Translations under genes and position numbers: made by a program
The notes under the pieces: model-generated
Databases searched by the model: none
What the model was told of the DNA's origin: nothing
The model's input: only the letters and a program-made list of their open reading frames with translations
Assembly (NCBI GenBank): GCA_913009875.1
Contig: CAJVYS010000002.1
Span: 2,073 to 66,072, forward strand
Direction: 5' to 3'
Origin: an uncultured Gammaproteobacteria bacterium
GTDB taxonomy: Bacteria > Pseudomonadota > Gammaproteobacteria > SZUA-152
DNA length: 64,000 nucleotides
Shown: piece by piece, positions 28,082 through 37,229 of the stretch
How the letters are laid out: each line of letters starts with the position of its first letter
Position numbering within the stretch: position 1 is the first letter of the stretch

Positions 28082-28790
28082 GGATTGAGAGAGGAACAAC
28101 AAGCCACAGAGGCACAGAGAACGCAGAGGCAACAAAATAGTTTTTCTCCGTGTGCTCTGAGCCTCTGTGGCTTGTTTTTGGATCAGAATATCGGCGTTGC
28201 TGCTGCCACAGCCCATAAGCCAGCAGGCCGAGGCTGACGGAACCGATCACACCCTGCCACCACCAACTCAGTTCAAAGCCATCCGCGCCCAGCCCGTAGG
28301 CGATGACGAAGCCGATCCAGGTGGGACCGGCGCAGTGGTCGATGGAGGTCATGTAGGTGAAGGCCAACACCAACCCCGCCACCCCCGTCAGTCCGACGAT
28401 CATGCCCTTTTCCCCTTGTCCGTATCGCGCCAGCGGCAGCAGCAGCCGGCCACCCAGCAGGGCGGCAACGAGATACACGCCCAGGGTCAGGGCATCGTAT
28501 TCCAGGGTCCAGATGTCGAGCCCGGTCTGCATGTCCCGGTGGGCGAAGGCGATGAAGGATTTGGTGAGGATGAACTGCAGCGCCCCCAGCGGCTGCTCCT
28601 GCCAGATCAGCTGAAACATGGGCAAATAGCTGCCCACCGGGGTCAGCATGTGGTTCACCCAGCCGCCGTTGAGCAGCATGATGGGCAATAGGCTGAAGAC
28701 GAAAAAAGCCAGCAGCAACAGTCCGCTCAAGCCCAGCCATAGACGGGTGGTTGAGTGGGGGGTGGAATTTACCTCTGCGTGGCTGTTCAT
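27996..28790 (-). CDS. Hypothetical polytopic membrane protein. Its C-terminus reads through a palindromic repeat and overlaps the uppP 3' end by 85 bp, so the true end is uncertain.
   Basis: It has multiple hydrophobic helices. The ORF has no stop before 27996, but its last 60 aa or so translate the hairpin at 28100-28175. Confidence 0.45.
   Translation of the reverse strand: MNSHAEVNSTPHSTTRLWLGLSGLLLLAFFVFSLLPIMLLNGGWVNHMLTPVGSYLPMFQLIWQEQPLGALQFILTKSFIAFAHRDMQTGLDIWTLEYDALTLGVYLVAALLGGRLLLPLARYGQGEKGMIVGLTGVAGLVLAFTYMTSIDHCAGPTWIGFVIAYGLGADGFELSWWWQGVIGSVSLGLLAYGLWQQQRRYSDPKTSHRGSEHTEKNYFVASAFSVPLWLVVPLSILTGTAPVTPRPAPSDRSRRAAYRCAPAA
28100..28175. repeat. Palindromic element built from GCACAGAGA / ACGCAGAGG-type 9-mers, of the same family as 40424-40538
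   Basis: caagccacagaggcacagagaacgcagagg ... cctctgtggcttg forms an inverted repeat of about 26 bp. Confidence 0.5.
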
Positions 28791-28856
28791 GGTCCGATTC
28801 TAACCGATCCCGTTGTTCCCCATGCTATGCTGGAGCCCGCTTTTTACGGGGGCCTA

Positions 28857-29693
28857 ATGGCGATTTATGCAATTGGCGATATCCAGGGGTGCTTTGACGA
28901 GCTTCAGGCCCTGCTGGCGATGTGCCGTTTCGACCCGGCGGTGGATCGGCTCTGGTTCACCGGTGATCTGGTCAATCGTGGTCCGGACTCGCTTAAGGTA
29001 CTGCGTTTCGTGCGCGGACTGGGCGAAGGCGCCATCACCGTGCTGGGCAACCATGACCTGCACCTGCTGGCGGTGGCCGAGGGGCTGGGCAAGCTGCACA
29101 AGCCTGATACCCTGCAGGCTATCCTCGATGCCCCGGACCGCGACGAATTATTGCACTGGCTGCGCCAGCAACCCCTGTTGTATCACGATGCAGACCTGAA
29201 TGCCGCGCTGGTTCATGCCGGCCTGCCGCCGCAGTGGGATCTGCGCGAGGCGCGTGCGTATAGCGTGGAGGTGGAAACGGTGCTTCGCGGCGATGATTAC
29301 CGCGAATTTTTTACCCATATGTATGGCGACAAGCCCCGCCGTTGGGCGATGGGACTGACGGGCTGGGATCGGCTGCGTTTCATCGTCAATTGTTTTACGC
29401 GCCTGCGCTTTTGTCGTGCCGATGGTGAGTTGTGCCTGAAGGCCAAGGGTGAGCCCGGCACGCAGCCCGCAGGGTGTGTGCCGTGGTTTCAGGCGCCGGG
29501 GCGGCGCAGCACGCAGACGCAGATTATATTTGGTCACTGGTCAACACTGGGTCTGTATCAGGGAGACAATGTCCTGGCGCTGGATACAGGCTGCCTGTGG
29601 GGTGGTCTGCTGACGGCGGCGCGTCTGGATGGCGATCATGAACTCGTCTCCTGTGACTGCAGTGGCTATCGTCAACCGGGTGTCGAGGCGTAA
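28857..29693 (+). CDS. apaH: Bis(5'-nucleosyl)-tetraphosphatase (symmetrical)
   Basis: The N-terminus MAIYAIGDIQGC matches the ApaH N-terminus MATYLIGDVHGC, and the metallophosphatase motifs GDLVNRG and GNHD are present. Confidence 0.8.
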   Translation: MAIYAIGDIQGCFDELQALLAMCRFDPAVDRLWFTGDLVNRGPDSLKVLRFVRGLGEGAITVLGNHDLHLLAVAEGLGKLHKPDTLQAILDAPDRDELLHWLRQQPLLYHDADLNAALVHAGLPPQWDLREARAYSVEVETVLRGDDYREFFTHMYGDKPRRWAMGLTGWDRLRFIVNCFTRLRFCRADGELCLKAKGEPGTQPAGCVPWFQAPGRRSTQTQIIFGHWSTLGLYQGDNVLALDTGCLWGGLLTAARLDGDHELVSCDCSGYRQPGVEA

Positions 29694-29765
29694 AAAGTTG
29701 GCGGTAGCGTTAGAGGTAACTATTAATGGTTAGTATTGAATAAGTGAGAGAGAGGCTAAGGAGAA

Positions 29766-30266
29766 GTGATAATGAATAGACCGATATTTGTTGGTGCGGT
29801 GTTGTTGCTTGTCGCGACGGTTGCCGCGGCCGCACCGAAGGCGGAGATTAAGGAATACGGATATTACGAGTTTATCACTGAGGCGAAGCGTTCGACGCAC
29901 CCGGCGGCCACCTCCGGCTTTGTACAGACCGGTGAGGCCCGGCTGGTGAAACAGACACAACGCATCCCCATCGAACAGGGGCGCCTGTTTGGTTTTCGTT
30001 TTATCATCACCGGCATGAACCCCACTATCGGCCAGCTCCCAGTGGAGTTGGTAGTGACACACCCGAAAATGGACAAGCCGGATGGCTCAAGCTCTACGGG
30101 CTACCGCTATACCCTGGGTCTGACCCTGGACCAGGGCGTGGTGGAAGACCAGACCGGTTATCGCATGAATGAAAAATATGAAATGGTCGAGGGTGATTGG
30201 GTGTTCGAATACCTCTTTATGAACAAACCGCTGATGGTACAGCGTTTTACCACCTATAAACCTTGA
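29766..30266 (+). CDS. Periplasmic protein of unknown function (DUF3859-like)
   Basis: It has a signal peptide; the domain assignment is from memory. Confidence 0.45.
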   Translation: MIMNRPIFVGAVLLLVATVAAAAPKAEIKEYGYYEFITEAKRSTHPAATSGFVQTGEARLVKQTQRIPIEQGRLFGFRFIITGMNPTIGQLPVELVVTHPKMDKPDGSSSTGYRYTLGLTLDQGVVEDQTGYRMNEKYEMVEGDWVFEYLFMNKPLMVQRFTTYKP

Positions 30267-30281
30267 TGTATTCACTGCCGA

Positions 30282-30680
30282 ATGGCTATTGAGGAACCCC
30301 TGATGATGGATACTGAACAGAAAGAAAATATGACCCCGCAAGAGGCCTGGACCCGTGGCCTGTTTATGCTGATGTTTTTCATTCTCCTCCAGCTGGCCAA
30401 AATCGTGGCCGGGGTGGTGGTCGTATTGCAGTTTCTGTTTACGATTTTTACCAACCAGACCAATGACAACCTGTTGCATTTTGGTGCCAGCCTGAGCCTC
30501 TACATTTATCAGATCTGGCGTTTCCTGACCTATAACACGGAGACCCAGCCCTTTCCGTTTGCGCCATGGCCCGACGCACAGGCGGCGATGGAGCTGGAAG
30601 AGGCCGTGATACAGGATGAGCCGGATGAACCCGGAACAAGCGGGGACAATGCCGGGCAACGGGCGCCGGGGAAAGACTGA
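30282..30680 (+). CDS. Small membrane protein (DUF4389-like)
   Basis: It has two hydrophobic helices and an acidic tail. Confidence 0.45.
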   Translation: MAIEEPLMMDTEQKENMTPQEAWTRGLFMLMFFILLQLAKIVAGVVVVLQFLFTIFTNQTNDNLLHFGASLSLYIYQIWRFLTYNTETQPFPFAPWPDAQAAMELEEAVIQDEPDEPGTSGDNAGQRAPGKD

Positions 30681-30718
30681 TCCACCTCTCGCAGGGTACT
30701 CAGCGAGAGAGCGTAGCG

Positions 30719-30838
30719 ATGGCTGACATGGCGGGGAAAGCTGAAGACATAGCCGAGGAAGAAGTGTGGCAAACATTGCGCGCACTCAACGATGCCTGGA
30801 CAAAAGGCGACCCTGCCGATCCAGAGGAAAATACCTGA
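30719..30838 (+). pseudogene. Truncated fragment of an NTF2/SnoaL-like protein gene
   Basis: The translation ...EEEVWQTLRALNDAWTKGDPAD is typical of the first 35 aa or so of NTF2-like proteins, and is followed by an early stop. Confidence 0.3.
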
Positions 30839-31178
30839 CAGCTTTTTGCTCACGCGTTGCCGGGCCGTCTGGGCTATAATCCTAGGTTGATCAGTTGATC
30901 GCTTCGAGGTAAGTCTAAGCACAGGGTAATAAACGAATTCATAAAAGCGAGACTTCACCGGCTGGGTGAGGACGCTACGATCTGCCCAGTAGCTCTGAGT
31001 GCCCGCCTGGCTATGCAAAAAAACTCCTTAAGGAACAAAGCCATTAACTCATTTTTTTGTTACGCCAGACGGACACTCAGAACCACTGGACAGGCCGTTC
31101 AACTGATTAATCTAGGATAATAGGCGCGCAGCCCGTCGCACCATCACTGATTCCCCCGGGCTCAATCGAGTTTCCCCC

Positions 31179-33377
31179 ATGTCGTCTGTCACCTCCCTTT
31201 TCAGTTACCGCAAATACTGGGCCAGCCGTTTAGGTACCGCCCCCGAGCTGCCCATGTCGCGCGAGGAGATGGATAACCTGGGCTGGGATTCCTGTGATGT
31301 GATCCTGGTTACCGGCGATGCCTATGTGGATCACCCCAGCTTCGGCATGGCGGTGATCGGCCGGGTGCTGGAGGCGCAGGGATTCCGCGTCGGCATCATC
31401 AGCCAGCCGGACTGGAACGATGTCGAGGACTTCCGCCGTCTGGGCCGGCCCAACCTGTTTTTCGGCGTCACAGGCGGCAACATGGACTCCATGGTCAACC
31501 GCTACACCGCCGAGCGCAAGCCACGCTCCGATGATGCCTACACCCCCCACGGCGCCGGTGGCAAACGTCCCGACCGCTCGGTGATCGTCTACAGTCAGCG
31601 TGCGCGCGAGGCCTACAAGGACGTGCCGCTGATCATCGGCGGTATCGAGGCTAGCCTGCGCCGCATCGCCCACTACGACTACTGGTCGGACAAGGTACGC
31701 CGCTCGGTGCTGATGGACGCCAAGGCCGACCTGCTGGTGTACGGCAATGCCGAGCGGCAGATCGTCGAGATCGCCCATCGCCTGGCGCGGCGAGAGCCCA
31801 TGAGTGGGATCCACGACGTGCGTGGCACCGCCTTTATGCGTCGCGATGCCGGTGGCCGTCCGGATCGCGTGCCCGCCGGCTGGAGCCTGCTGAACTCGAG
31901 CGAGGTGGACCGGCCCGGGCGTATCGAGGCCCACCCCGACCCCTACGCCATGGGCGAAGCCTGTGACAAGGCGGCGGGCGGCAGCGAAACGCCGGACGAA
32001 GAAGGCACGGTGGTGGTCGCCGCGCCGCGCCGCCGGCTGCCCGATCCGGCGTGCACCCTGGTGCTGATCCCCGGCTATCACGCCGTGCGCGAAGACCGCG
32101 TGCTCTACGCCCACGCCTCGCGTGTGCTGCACCGCGAGACCAATCCCGGCAACGCCATGGCCCTCTACCAGCCTCACGGCGAGCGCGGCGTGTGGCTCAA
32201 CCCGCCGCCCATCCCGCTGAGCACGGAGGAACTGGACGCGGTGTTCGAGCTGCCCTACACGCGCCGCCCGCACAGCGTTTATGGCGATGCACGCATCCCC
32301 GCCTACGAGATGATCCGCTTCTCCATCAACATCATGCGCGGCTGCTTCGGCGGCTGTACCTTCTGCTCCATCACCGAGCACGAGGGACGCATCATCCAGA
32401 GCCGCTCCGAGGACTCCATCATCCGCGAGGTGGAGGCCATCCGCGACCAGGTGCCCGGCTTCACCGGCCACATCTCTGACCTCGGCGGTCCAACCGCAAA
32501 TATGTGGCGGCTGAAGTGCAAGGACGAGAAGATCGAGGCCACCTGCCGCCGGCCCTCCTGCGTCTATCCCGGCATCTGTAAGAATATGGATACCAACCAG
32601 ATGCCGCTGGTGCGCCTCTATCGCCGCGCGCGCAAGCTGCCGGGCATCAAAAAGATCTTCATCGCCTCCGGCCTGCGTTACGACCTCGCCGTGGAGACCC
32701 CGGAATACGTCAAGGAGCTGGTCACCCACCATGTCGGTGGCTACCTGAAGATCGCCCCCGAACACACGGAAGGGGGGCCGCTGTCGAAGATGATGAAGCC
32801 CGGCATCGGCACCTATGACCGCTTCAAGAAGATGTTCGACAAGTATTCGCAGGCGGCGGGCAAGGAGCAGTACCTGATCCCCTATTTCATCTCCGCCCAC
32901 CCCGGCACTACCGACGAGGACATGATGAACCTCGCCCTGTGGCTGAAGGCCAACGGCTTCCGCGCCGATCAGGTGCAGAACTTCCTGCCCTCGCCCATGG
33001 CCACAGCCTCAGCCATGTACTACTCGGGCAAGGACCCGCTGCACAAGGTCAGCCGCCGCAGCGAGGACATGCCGGTACCCAAGGGCACCCGCCAGCGGCG
33101 TCTGCACAAGGCCTTCCTGCGTTACCATGACGCCAACAACTGGCCATTGCTGCGCAAGGCCCTCAAACAAATGGGCCGCGCCGACCTCATCGGCAACGGC
33201 AAGCGCCACCTCGTACCCACCTGGCAGCCCGGCGGTACCGGCGATACCGGTGAGGGCAAGCGCGCTTTTCGCACCCAGCATAGCGGCTTGCCACAGACAC
33301 CCGCCGGCAAGTCCCGCAGCCGGCCGGCAAAAAAAACCTTCGGCAAATCATCACGCAAGCCCCGCGGCCGCCGCTGA
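31179..33377 (+). CDS. ygiQ: YgiQ family radical SAM protein (UPF0313)
   Basis: It has the N-terminal YgiQ block ([15 protein letters not shown]), a radical-SAM Cys motif (CFGGCTFCS) and a basic C-terminal tail. The protein is 732 aa long. Confidence 0.85.
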   Translation: MSSVTSLFSYRKYWASRLGTAPELPMSREEMDNLGWDSCDVILVTGDAYVDHPSFGMAVIGRVLEAQGFRVGIISQPDWNDVEDFRRLGRPNLFFGVTGGNMDSMVNRYTAERKPRSDDAYTPHGAGGKRPDRSVIVYSQRAREAYKDVPLIIGGIEASLRRIAHYDYWSDKVRRSVLMDAKADLLVYGNAERQIVEIAHRLARREPMSGIHDVRGTAFMRRDAGGRPDRVPAGWSLLNSSEVDRPGRIEAHPDPYAMGEACDKAAGGSETPDEEGTVVVAAPRRRLPDPACTLVLIPGYHAVREDRVLYAHASRVLHRETNPGNAMALYQPHGERGVWLNPPPIPLSTEELDAVFELPYTRRPHSVYGDARIPAYEMIRFSINIMRGCFGGCTFCSITEHEGRIIQSRSEDSIIREVEAIRDQVPGFTGHISDLGGPTANMWRLKCKDEKIEATCRRPSCVYPGICKNMDTNQMPLVRLYRRARKLPGIKKIFIASGLRYDLAVETPEYVKELVTHHVGGYLKIAPEHTEGGPLSKMMKPGIGTYDRFKKMFDKYSQAAGKEQYLIPYFISAHPGTTDEDMMNLALWLKANGFRADQVQNFLPSPMATASAMYYSGKDPLHKVSRRSEDMPVPKGTRQRRLHKAFLRYHDANNWPLLRKALKQMGRADLIGNGKRHLVPTWQPGGTGDTGEGKRAFRTQHSGLPQTPAGKSRSRPAKKTFGKSSRKPRGRR

Positions 33378-33423
33378 CGTTTCGGACATTTATTGTAGGG
33401 TGTGTGGTTAACATACAAAGGAG

Positions 33424-33575
33424 TGGGCCATGCCCGCGATAGTCCCGCATTTCACCACAGAGATAGAGGATTTGCACATTGTGGGAGCGGCTTCAGCCGC
33501 GAAGAAGGCAGGTTTCATTCGCGGCTGAAGCCGCTCCCACAGGTTGTTTTTTGTTGCTTTTCGCGGGCATGGCCC
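33424..33575. repeat. Composite palindromic element, the second copy of the 6051-6209 architecture, with an inner REP-A hairpin at 33471-33543
   Basis: The outer repeats are gtgggccatgcccgcga / tcgcgggcatggcccg. Confidence 0.6.
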
Positions 33576-33669
33576 GTTCCTACGCTGTTGCAGACACAGT
33601 CCGGCAGCTTGTCGGCCGGCACTGATTGTCGCAGACTGTCCAAGAACCTGAACCCAAGGAGATCGACCC

Positions 33670-34248
33670 ATGGCCAAGTCCATCAAAGGTACGCAAACGG
33701 AAAAGAACCTGCTCATCGCCTTCGCCGGCGAATCCCAGGCACGCAATCGTTACACCTATTTTGCCAGCACTGCACGCAAGGAAGGCCTGATGCAGATTGC
33801 CGCGATCTTTGCCGAAACTGCCGATCAGGAAAAGGAACACGCCGAGCGTTTCTTCAAATTCCTCGAAGGTGGCGAAGTAGAGATCACCGAGAGTTTTCCC
33901 GCCGGCATTATCGGCGATACCCTGGAAAACCTGCGCGCCGCTGCCGCCGGTGAGGAGCATGAATGGAGCGAGTTATATCCGGGTTTTGCCAAGGTGGCAC
34001 GTGAGGAAGGTTTTGCCGAAATTGCTGCGGCCTTTGATGCCATTTCCATCGCTGAAAAACAGCACGGCAAGCGTTACACCGATCTGGCCAACAATCTCGA
34101 TGCGGGCCGGGTGTTTCGCCGCGACGGTAAGGTGGTCTGGCGTTGCCGTAATTGCGGTTATCTGCATGAAGCGGAAGAAGCACCGGAGGTCTGCCCGGCC
34201 TGCTTGCACCCGAAGGCCTATTTCGAATTACTGGGTGAGAACTGGTAA
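33670..34248 (+). CDS. Rubrerythrin
   Basis: It has ferritin-like diiron motifs (EGESQARNRY ... EKEHAE) and a C-terminal rubredoxin-like CxxC...CxxC (CRNCGY ... CPAC). Confidence 0.85.
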   Translation: MAKSIKGTQTEKNLLIAFAGESQARNRYTYFASTARKEGLMQIAAIFAETADQEKEHAERFFKFLEGGEVEITESFPAGIIGDTLENLRAAAAGEEHEWSELYPGFAKVAREEGFAEIAAAFDAISIAEKQHGKRYTDLANNLDAGRVFRRDGKVVWRCRNCGYLHEAEEAPEVCPACLHPKAYFELLGENW

Positions 34249-34261
34249 GCAAGTAGCTTGG
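34241..34261. repeat. Left copy of the 21-bp direct repeat actggtaagcaagtagcttgg, overlapping the rubrerythrin stop
   Basis: It matches 35428-35448 at 18 of 21 positions. Confidence 0.5.
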
Positions 34262-34347
34262 ATGAAGCGAAGCGTGATCCGGAGCAGGAAGGTGCCGCAT
34301 ATCCCGGATCACGTCGCACTCCATCCAGGCTGCCTTGCTAGGGGTGG

Positions 34348-35175
34348 ATGATGAGCAGTGATGTGGATGTAAAAAATGGAAGATATCTGCTATTTTTAGA
34401 TATCCTTGGTTTTAGTGAACTGGTTAAGTCTAAGGGCGTAGAAGAAATTTATGCAATTATAGATGAGTCACTACAAGAATTTGATCGATGGGAACACTTG
34501 AATAAATTATTTAAAACGATCTATTTTTCTGACACATTCATTTTTTATCAGGAGCCAAAAGGCTATGGTAAGTGGGCTTTCTTAGATGTATATGCCATTG
34601 GTGCAATGATCTTTTCTGCATTACTAGCTAAAGGAGTTCCTGTTAGAGGGGCGATTTCCTTTGGGGGTTTTGAGGTTCGATCAGATAGTTTAAGTAGACA
34701 TCAGGTATATTTCGGGGAAGCTCTAATTGAAGCATATAAAGCCGAACAAAGGGAAAATTGGATTGGAATAACGATACTAGAGTCTGCTTGGGCGCCATAC
34801 GAAGATGAAAATAGAGGTACTATAGCTGCTTTTGAAAGAGAGAGAGTTTGGAAAAAGAGGCACGATAGGGTATTGATGCTCAATCCGTTCCTTAAGTTGC
34901 GTGGTTGGTGCGGCGAAGACCGAATTGGTGAGATAGAAGGGCCTTATTTAGAGTGGGATGATCCGGAGTTCCCGAATGATATTCTTGCTTTTAAGTTTCT
35001 GCGTGAGCAGGCGGCCTCTTATAGCAAGAAGGGTGATTTCTCTGGTAACGTAGCGATTAAATATCACGCAACAATAGCTTTTCTTAAGGAGATTCTAGGT
35101 GTTGAGATATACGAATGGGGAGTGCGGATTAGCGAGCCTGATAAGGTGGGTGGGTCTTGTGTGCCCCCGCGTTAA
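34348..35175 (+). CDS. Divergent class-III nucleotidyl cyclase / GGDEF-fold (palm domain) protein with an unknown C-terminal region of about 100 aa; low GC
   Basis: YLLFLDILGFSEL matches the cyclase beta1 motif FxDIxGFT. A second acidic hairpin follows (KTIYFSDTFIFY), then VRGAISFGGF resembling RIGIHTGPV, then GEALIEAYKAE resembling GDTVNLASRLE. The gene is about 40% GC. Confidence 0.45.
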   Translation: MMSSDVDVKNGRYLLFLDILGFSELVKSKGVEEIYAIIDESLQEFDRWEHLNKLFKTIYFSDTFIFYQEPKGYGKWAFLDVYAIGAMIFSALLAKGVPVRGAISFGGFEVRSDSLSRHQVYFGEALIEAYKAEQRENWIGITILESAWAPYEDENRGTIAAFERERVWKKRHDRVLMLNPFLKLRGWCGEDRIGEIEGPYLEWDDPEFPNDILAFKFLREQAASYSKKGDFSGNVAIKYHATIAFLKEILGVEIYEWGVRISEPDKVGGSCVPPR

Positions 35176-35396
35176 CTTGGTAGTGTGCTCTTTTCCGTCC
35201 GCTGTCTGCCGGCCGCAATAGCTCAGCGCATTGTGCCATATGTTGATCGTCGCAAGTTAAGTCTGGCTATCTCCTGTTGCAGGTCACCACTTTCGGCGTA
35301 ATGCCCTTCGGTTATTGCGCCCTGCGGCTTGGCGGGTTCATAAGGGATGGGGCCTGATGTATCCCCATGAAGTTATTTCGTTACACTGCTCTGCGG

Positions 35397-35421
35397 TGTA
35401 ACGAAATAAACTGGTAAGCAA
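35397..35421. repeat. 23-25-bp perfect palindrome cgttacactgctctgcggtgtaacg, of the GTRACACCGC-N3-GCGGTGTYAC family
   Basis: The same palindrome recurs at 42663-42687. The related variant tgtgacaccgcNgagcggtgtcaca occurs at 42745 and 59947. Confidence 0.55.
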
Positions 35422-35427
35422 GCAGTC

Positions 35428-35448
35428 TGGCCTGCAGCTTTGATTCAG
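35428..35448. repeat. Right copy of the 21-bp direct repeat actggtaagcaagcagtctgg
   Basis: Direct repeat of 34241-34261. Confidence 0.5.
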
Positions 35449-35598
35449 AGCCCAGCAGCCTCTACGAGAGTGTTTTCCTTGCTCCGTCTGCAGTAACGTT
35501 AGACTGCCATGGCTCTACCCTTCGGCTAGATGAAATATGCTGGAATCCGAAGGGCGTTCTCTAGTTAAAACACCTCTGTACAATAATAACCCTGAGAG

Positions 35599-36432
35599 AT
35601 GATTATGGATAACCTGGAAAAATATATGGATCAGGCGATCAGTCTGAGTATGGCTTACGGCCCTAAACTGTTGCTGGCGTTGATCGTTCTCGTTGTCGGT
35701 TTGCGGCTGATTAAATCCGTGGTGAAGTTACTTAATCGTGCCATGGAGAAAAGCCATACCGAAGACACGCTAAGGAGCTTCCTGGATAATCTGTTGGGTG
35801 TTCTCCTCAAGGTTCTGCTGCTGATCAGTGTCGCCGCGATGGTTGGCGTGGAGACCACTTCGTTCATTGCCATACTCGGTGCCGCTGGTCTTGCCATTGG
35901 TCTTGCACTACAAGGTAGTTTGGCAAACTTTGCCGGCGGCCTCCTTATCCTGTTTTTCAAACCCTTTAAGGTGGGTGATGTTATCGATGCCCAGGGGTAT
36001 CTGGGCGTGGTGCGTGAAATTCAGGTATTCAATACGATCATCCTCACCCTGGATAACAAAAAAGTGATTATCCCCAATGGCAATCTTTCCAATGGCTGCG
36101 TAGAAAATGTCTTTAGTGAGCCCACCCGCCGGGTCGATCTTACCTTTGGCATCAGTTACAACGATGACATTCTCTTTGCCAAAGAGGTGTTGCGTAAAGT
36201 GATCACCAGTGATGAGCGTATTCTTACTGACGCTGATCATGCGCATGAGATTTATGTGGCGGAACACGGCGACAGCTCCGTCAATCTGCTGGTTCGTGTC
36301 TGGGTCAATACCGAGGACTACTGGCCTGTGCATTTCCATCTCATGGAGCAGGTCAAGCTCAGCTTCGACAAGGAAGGTATTTCCATTCCCTTCCCGCAAC
36401 GGGATGTTCATCTCTTTCAGCCGGCGGGGTAG
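35599..36432 (+). CDS. Small-conductance mechanosensitive channel, MscS family
   Basis: It has three transmembrane helices followed by the conserved MscS beta-domain (GDVIDAQGYLGVVREIQVFNTIILTLDNKKVIIPNG). Confidence 0.8.
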   Translation: MIMDNLEKYMDQAISLSMAYGPKLLLALIVLVVGLRLIKSVVKLLNRAMEKSHTEDTLRSFLDNLLGVLLKVLLLISVAAMVGVETTSFIAILGAAGLAIGLALQGSLANFAGGLLILFFKPFKVGDVIDAQGYLGVVREIQVFNTIILTLDNKKVIIPNGNLSNGCVENVFSEPTRRVDLTFGISYNDDILFAKEVLRKVITSDERILTDADHAHEIYVAEHGDSSVNLLVRVWVNTEDYWPVHFHLMEQVKLSFDKEGISIPFPQRDVHLFQPAG

Positions 36433-36519
36433 CCAGTCTTGAAGCCCTGAACACGACATATATAGTCGCCAGGTTGAATGGCACTTTCCTAGGCTCGAGA
36501 GACTTGGAATACCGTCATT

Positions 36520-36612
36520 CTCGCGAAGGCGGGAATCCAGAATGTCGGTCGCTTCAAACATTCTGGATTCCGGGTCTTCACTTCGTTTCGCCCGGAATGA
36601 CGGTCTTTTCTT
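36520..36612. repeat. Imperfect inverted-repeat element (ccgtcattc...ggaatccagaatgt / acattctggattcc...ggaatgacgg)
   Basis: Seen directly in the sequence. Confidence 0.4.
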
Positions 36613-36626
36613 TTGAAGGTCACGGA

Positions 36627-37229
36627 TCAGGATCGGACAAATTGAAGCAATGGTCCGTAATCATGGTTGTCAGCTGCCCGGAGAGCTGCGACATATGCTT
36701 TTCGTGTCTTGCTGGCATCTACAAGATTAATGCGTCCCCAGGTAAATCGAGGGCGGCCTGAGGCTGTTAGCAGCAGGTCGGCTGCCAATCGGGCGTGGCG
36801 ACCATTGCCATTCGGAAAAGGATGGATCAATACCAGGTGGTGATGGAACCGCGTAGCGATTTCATCAGGATCATAGGTGCCATTCTCTATCCAGTAACGA
36901 CAATCGTCGACAAGCTGTCGAAGGCCGGTTGAAATGCGATAGGCATCGACGCCAATATTGCGTTCCGATTGCCGGAACTTGCCAGCCCACCGCCAGACCC
37001 GACCAAACATTCTCTGGTGAAGATTTTTAAGGAACCTCTCATCGAGCACATCACGCTTGCGTGAAAATGCCCATTCCTCTGCTTCCAGAATATTGGCCTG
37101 TTCTGCTTCATTCAGTTCTGAGCGCAGCGTGATATAGGAGGGGGCCAACTGTTCCCGCTCTTCTTCCGTCAATGGGGTGGATGCGTCATCCTGCTCATCC
37201 AACGGATCGGTCATCCATCTTCCTTCCAA
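36627..37229 (-). CDS. Fic/DOC family protein (mobile mystery protein B)
   Basis: The Fic motif HPFPNGNGRHAR is present. The partner HTH gene lies directly upstream with overlapping ends. Confidence 0.75.
   Translation of the reverse strand: MEGRWMTDPLDEQDDASTPLTEEEREQLAPSYITLRSELNEAEQANILEAEEWAFSRKRDVLDERFLKNLHQRMFGRVWRWAGKFRQSERNIGVDAYRISTGLRQLVDDCRYWIENGTYDPDEIATRFHHHLVLIHPFPNGNGRHARLAADLLLTASGRPRFTWGRINLVDASKTRKAYVAALRAADNHDYGPLLQFVRS

Noticed and set aside
30839-31178. A possible riboswitch or sRNA in the 340-bp leader upstream of ygiQ, with a TATAAT box and hairpins
   Set aside because: No recognisable riboswitch consensus was seen by eye, and the promoter spacing is poor. It is left as unannotated leader.
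31230-32900. A 556-aa minus-strand ORF inside ygiQ
   Set aside because: It is antisense to a highly conserved radical-SAM gene; this is a high-GC antisense artefact. The same reasoning applies to the ORFs antisense to the PP-loop gene at 19215-20171 and 18908-19924, to glnA at 15509-16060, to glnA at 16067-17044, and to the large ORFs antisense to cbbO, cbbL and ntrC.
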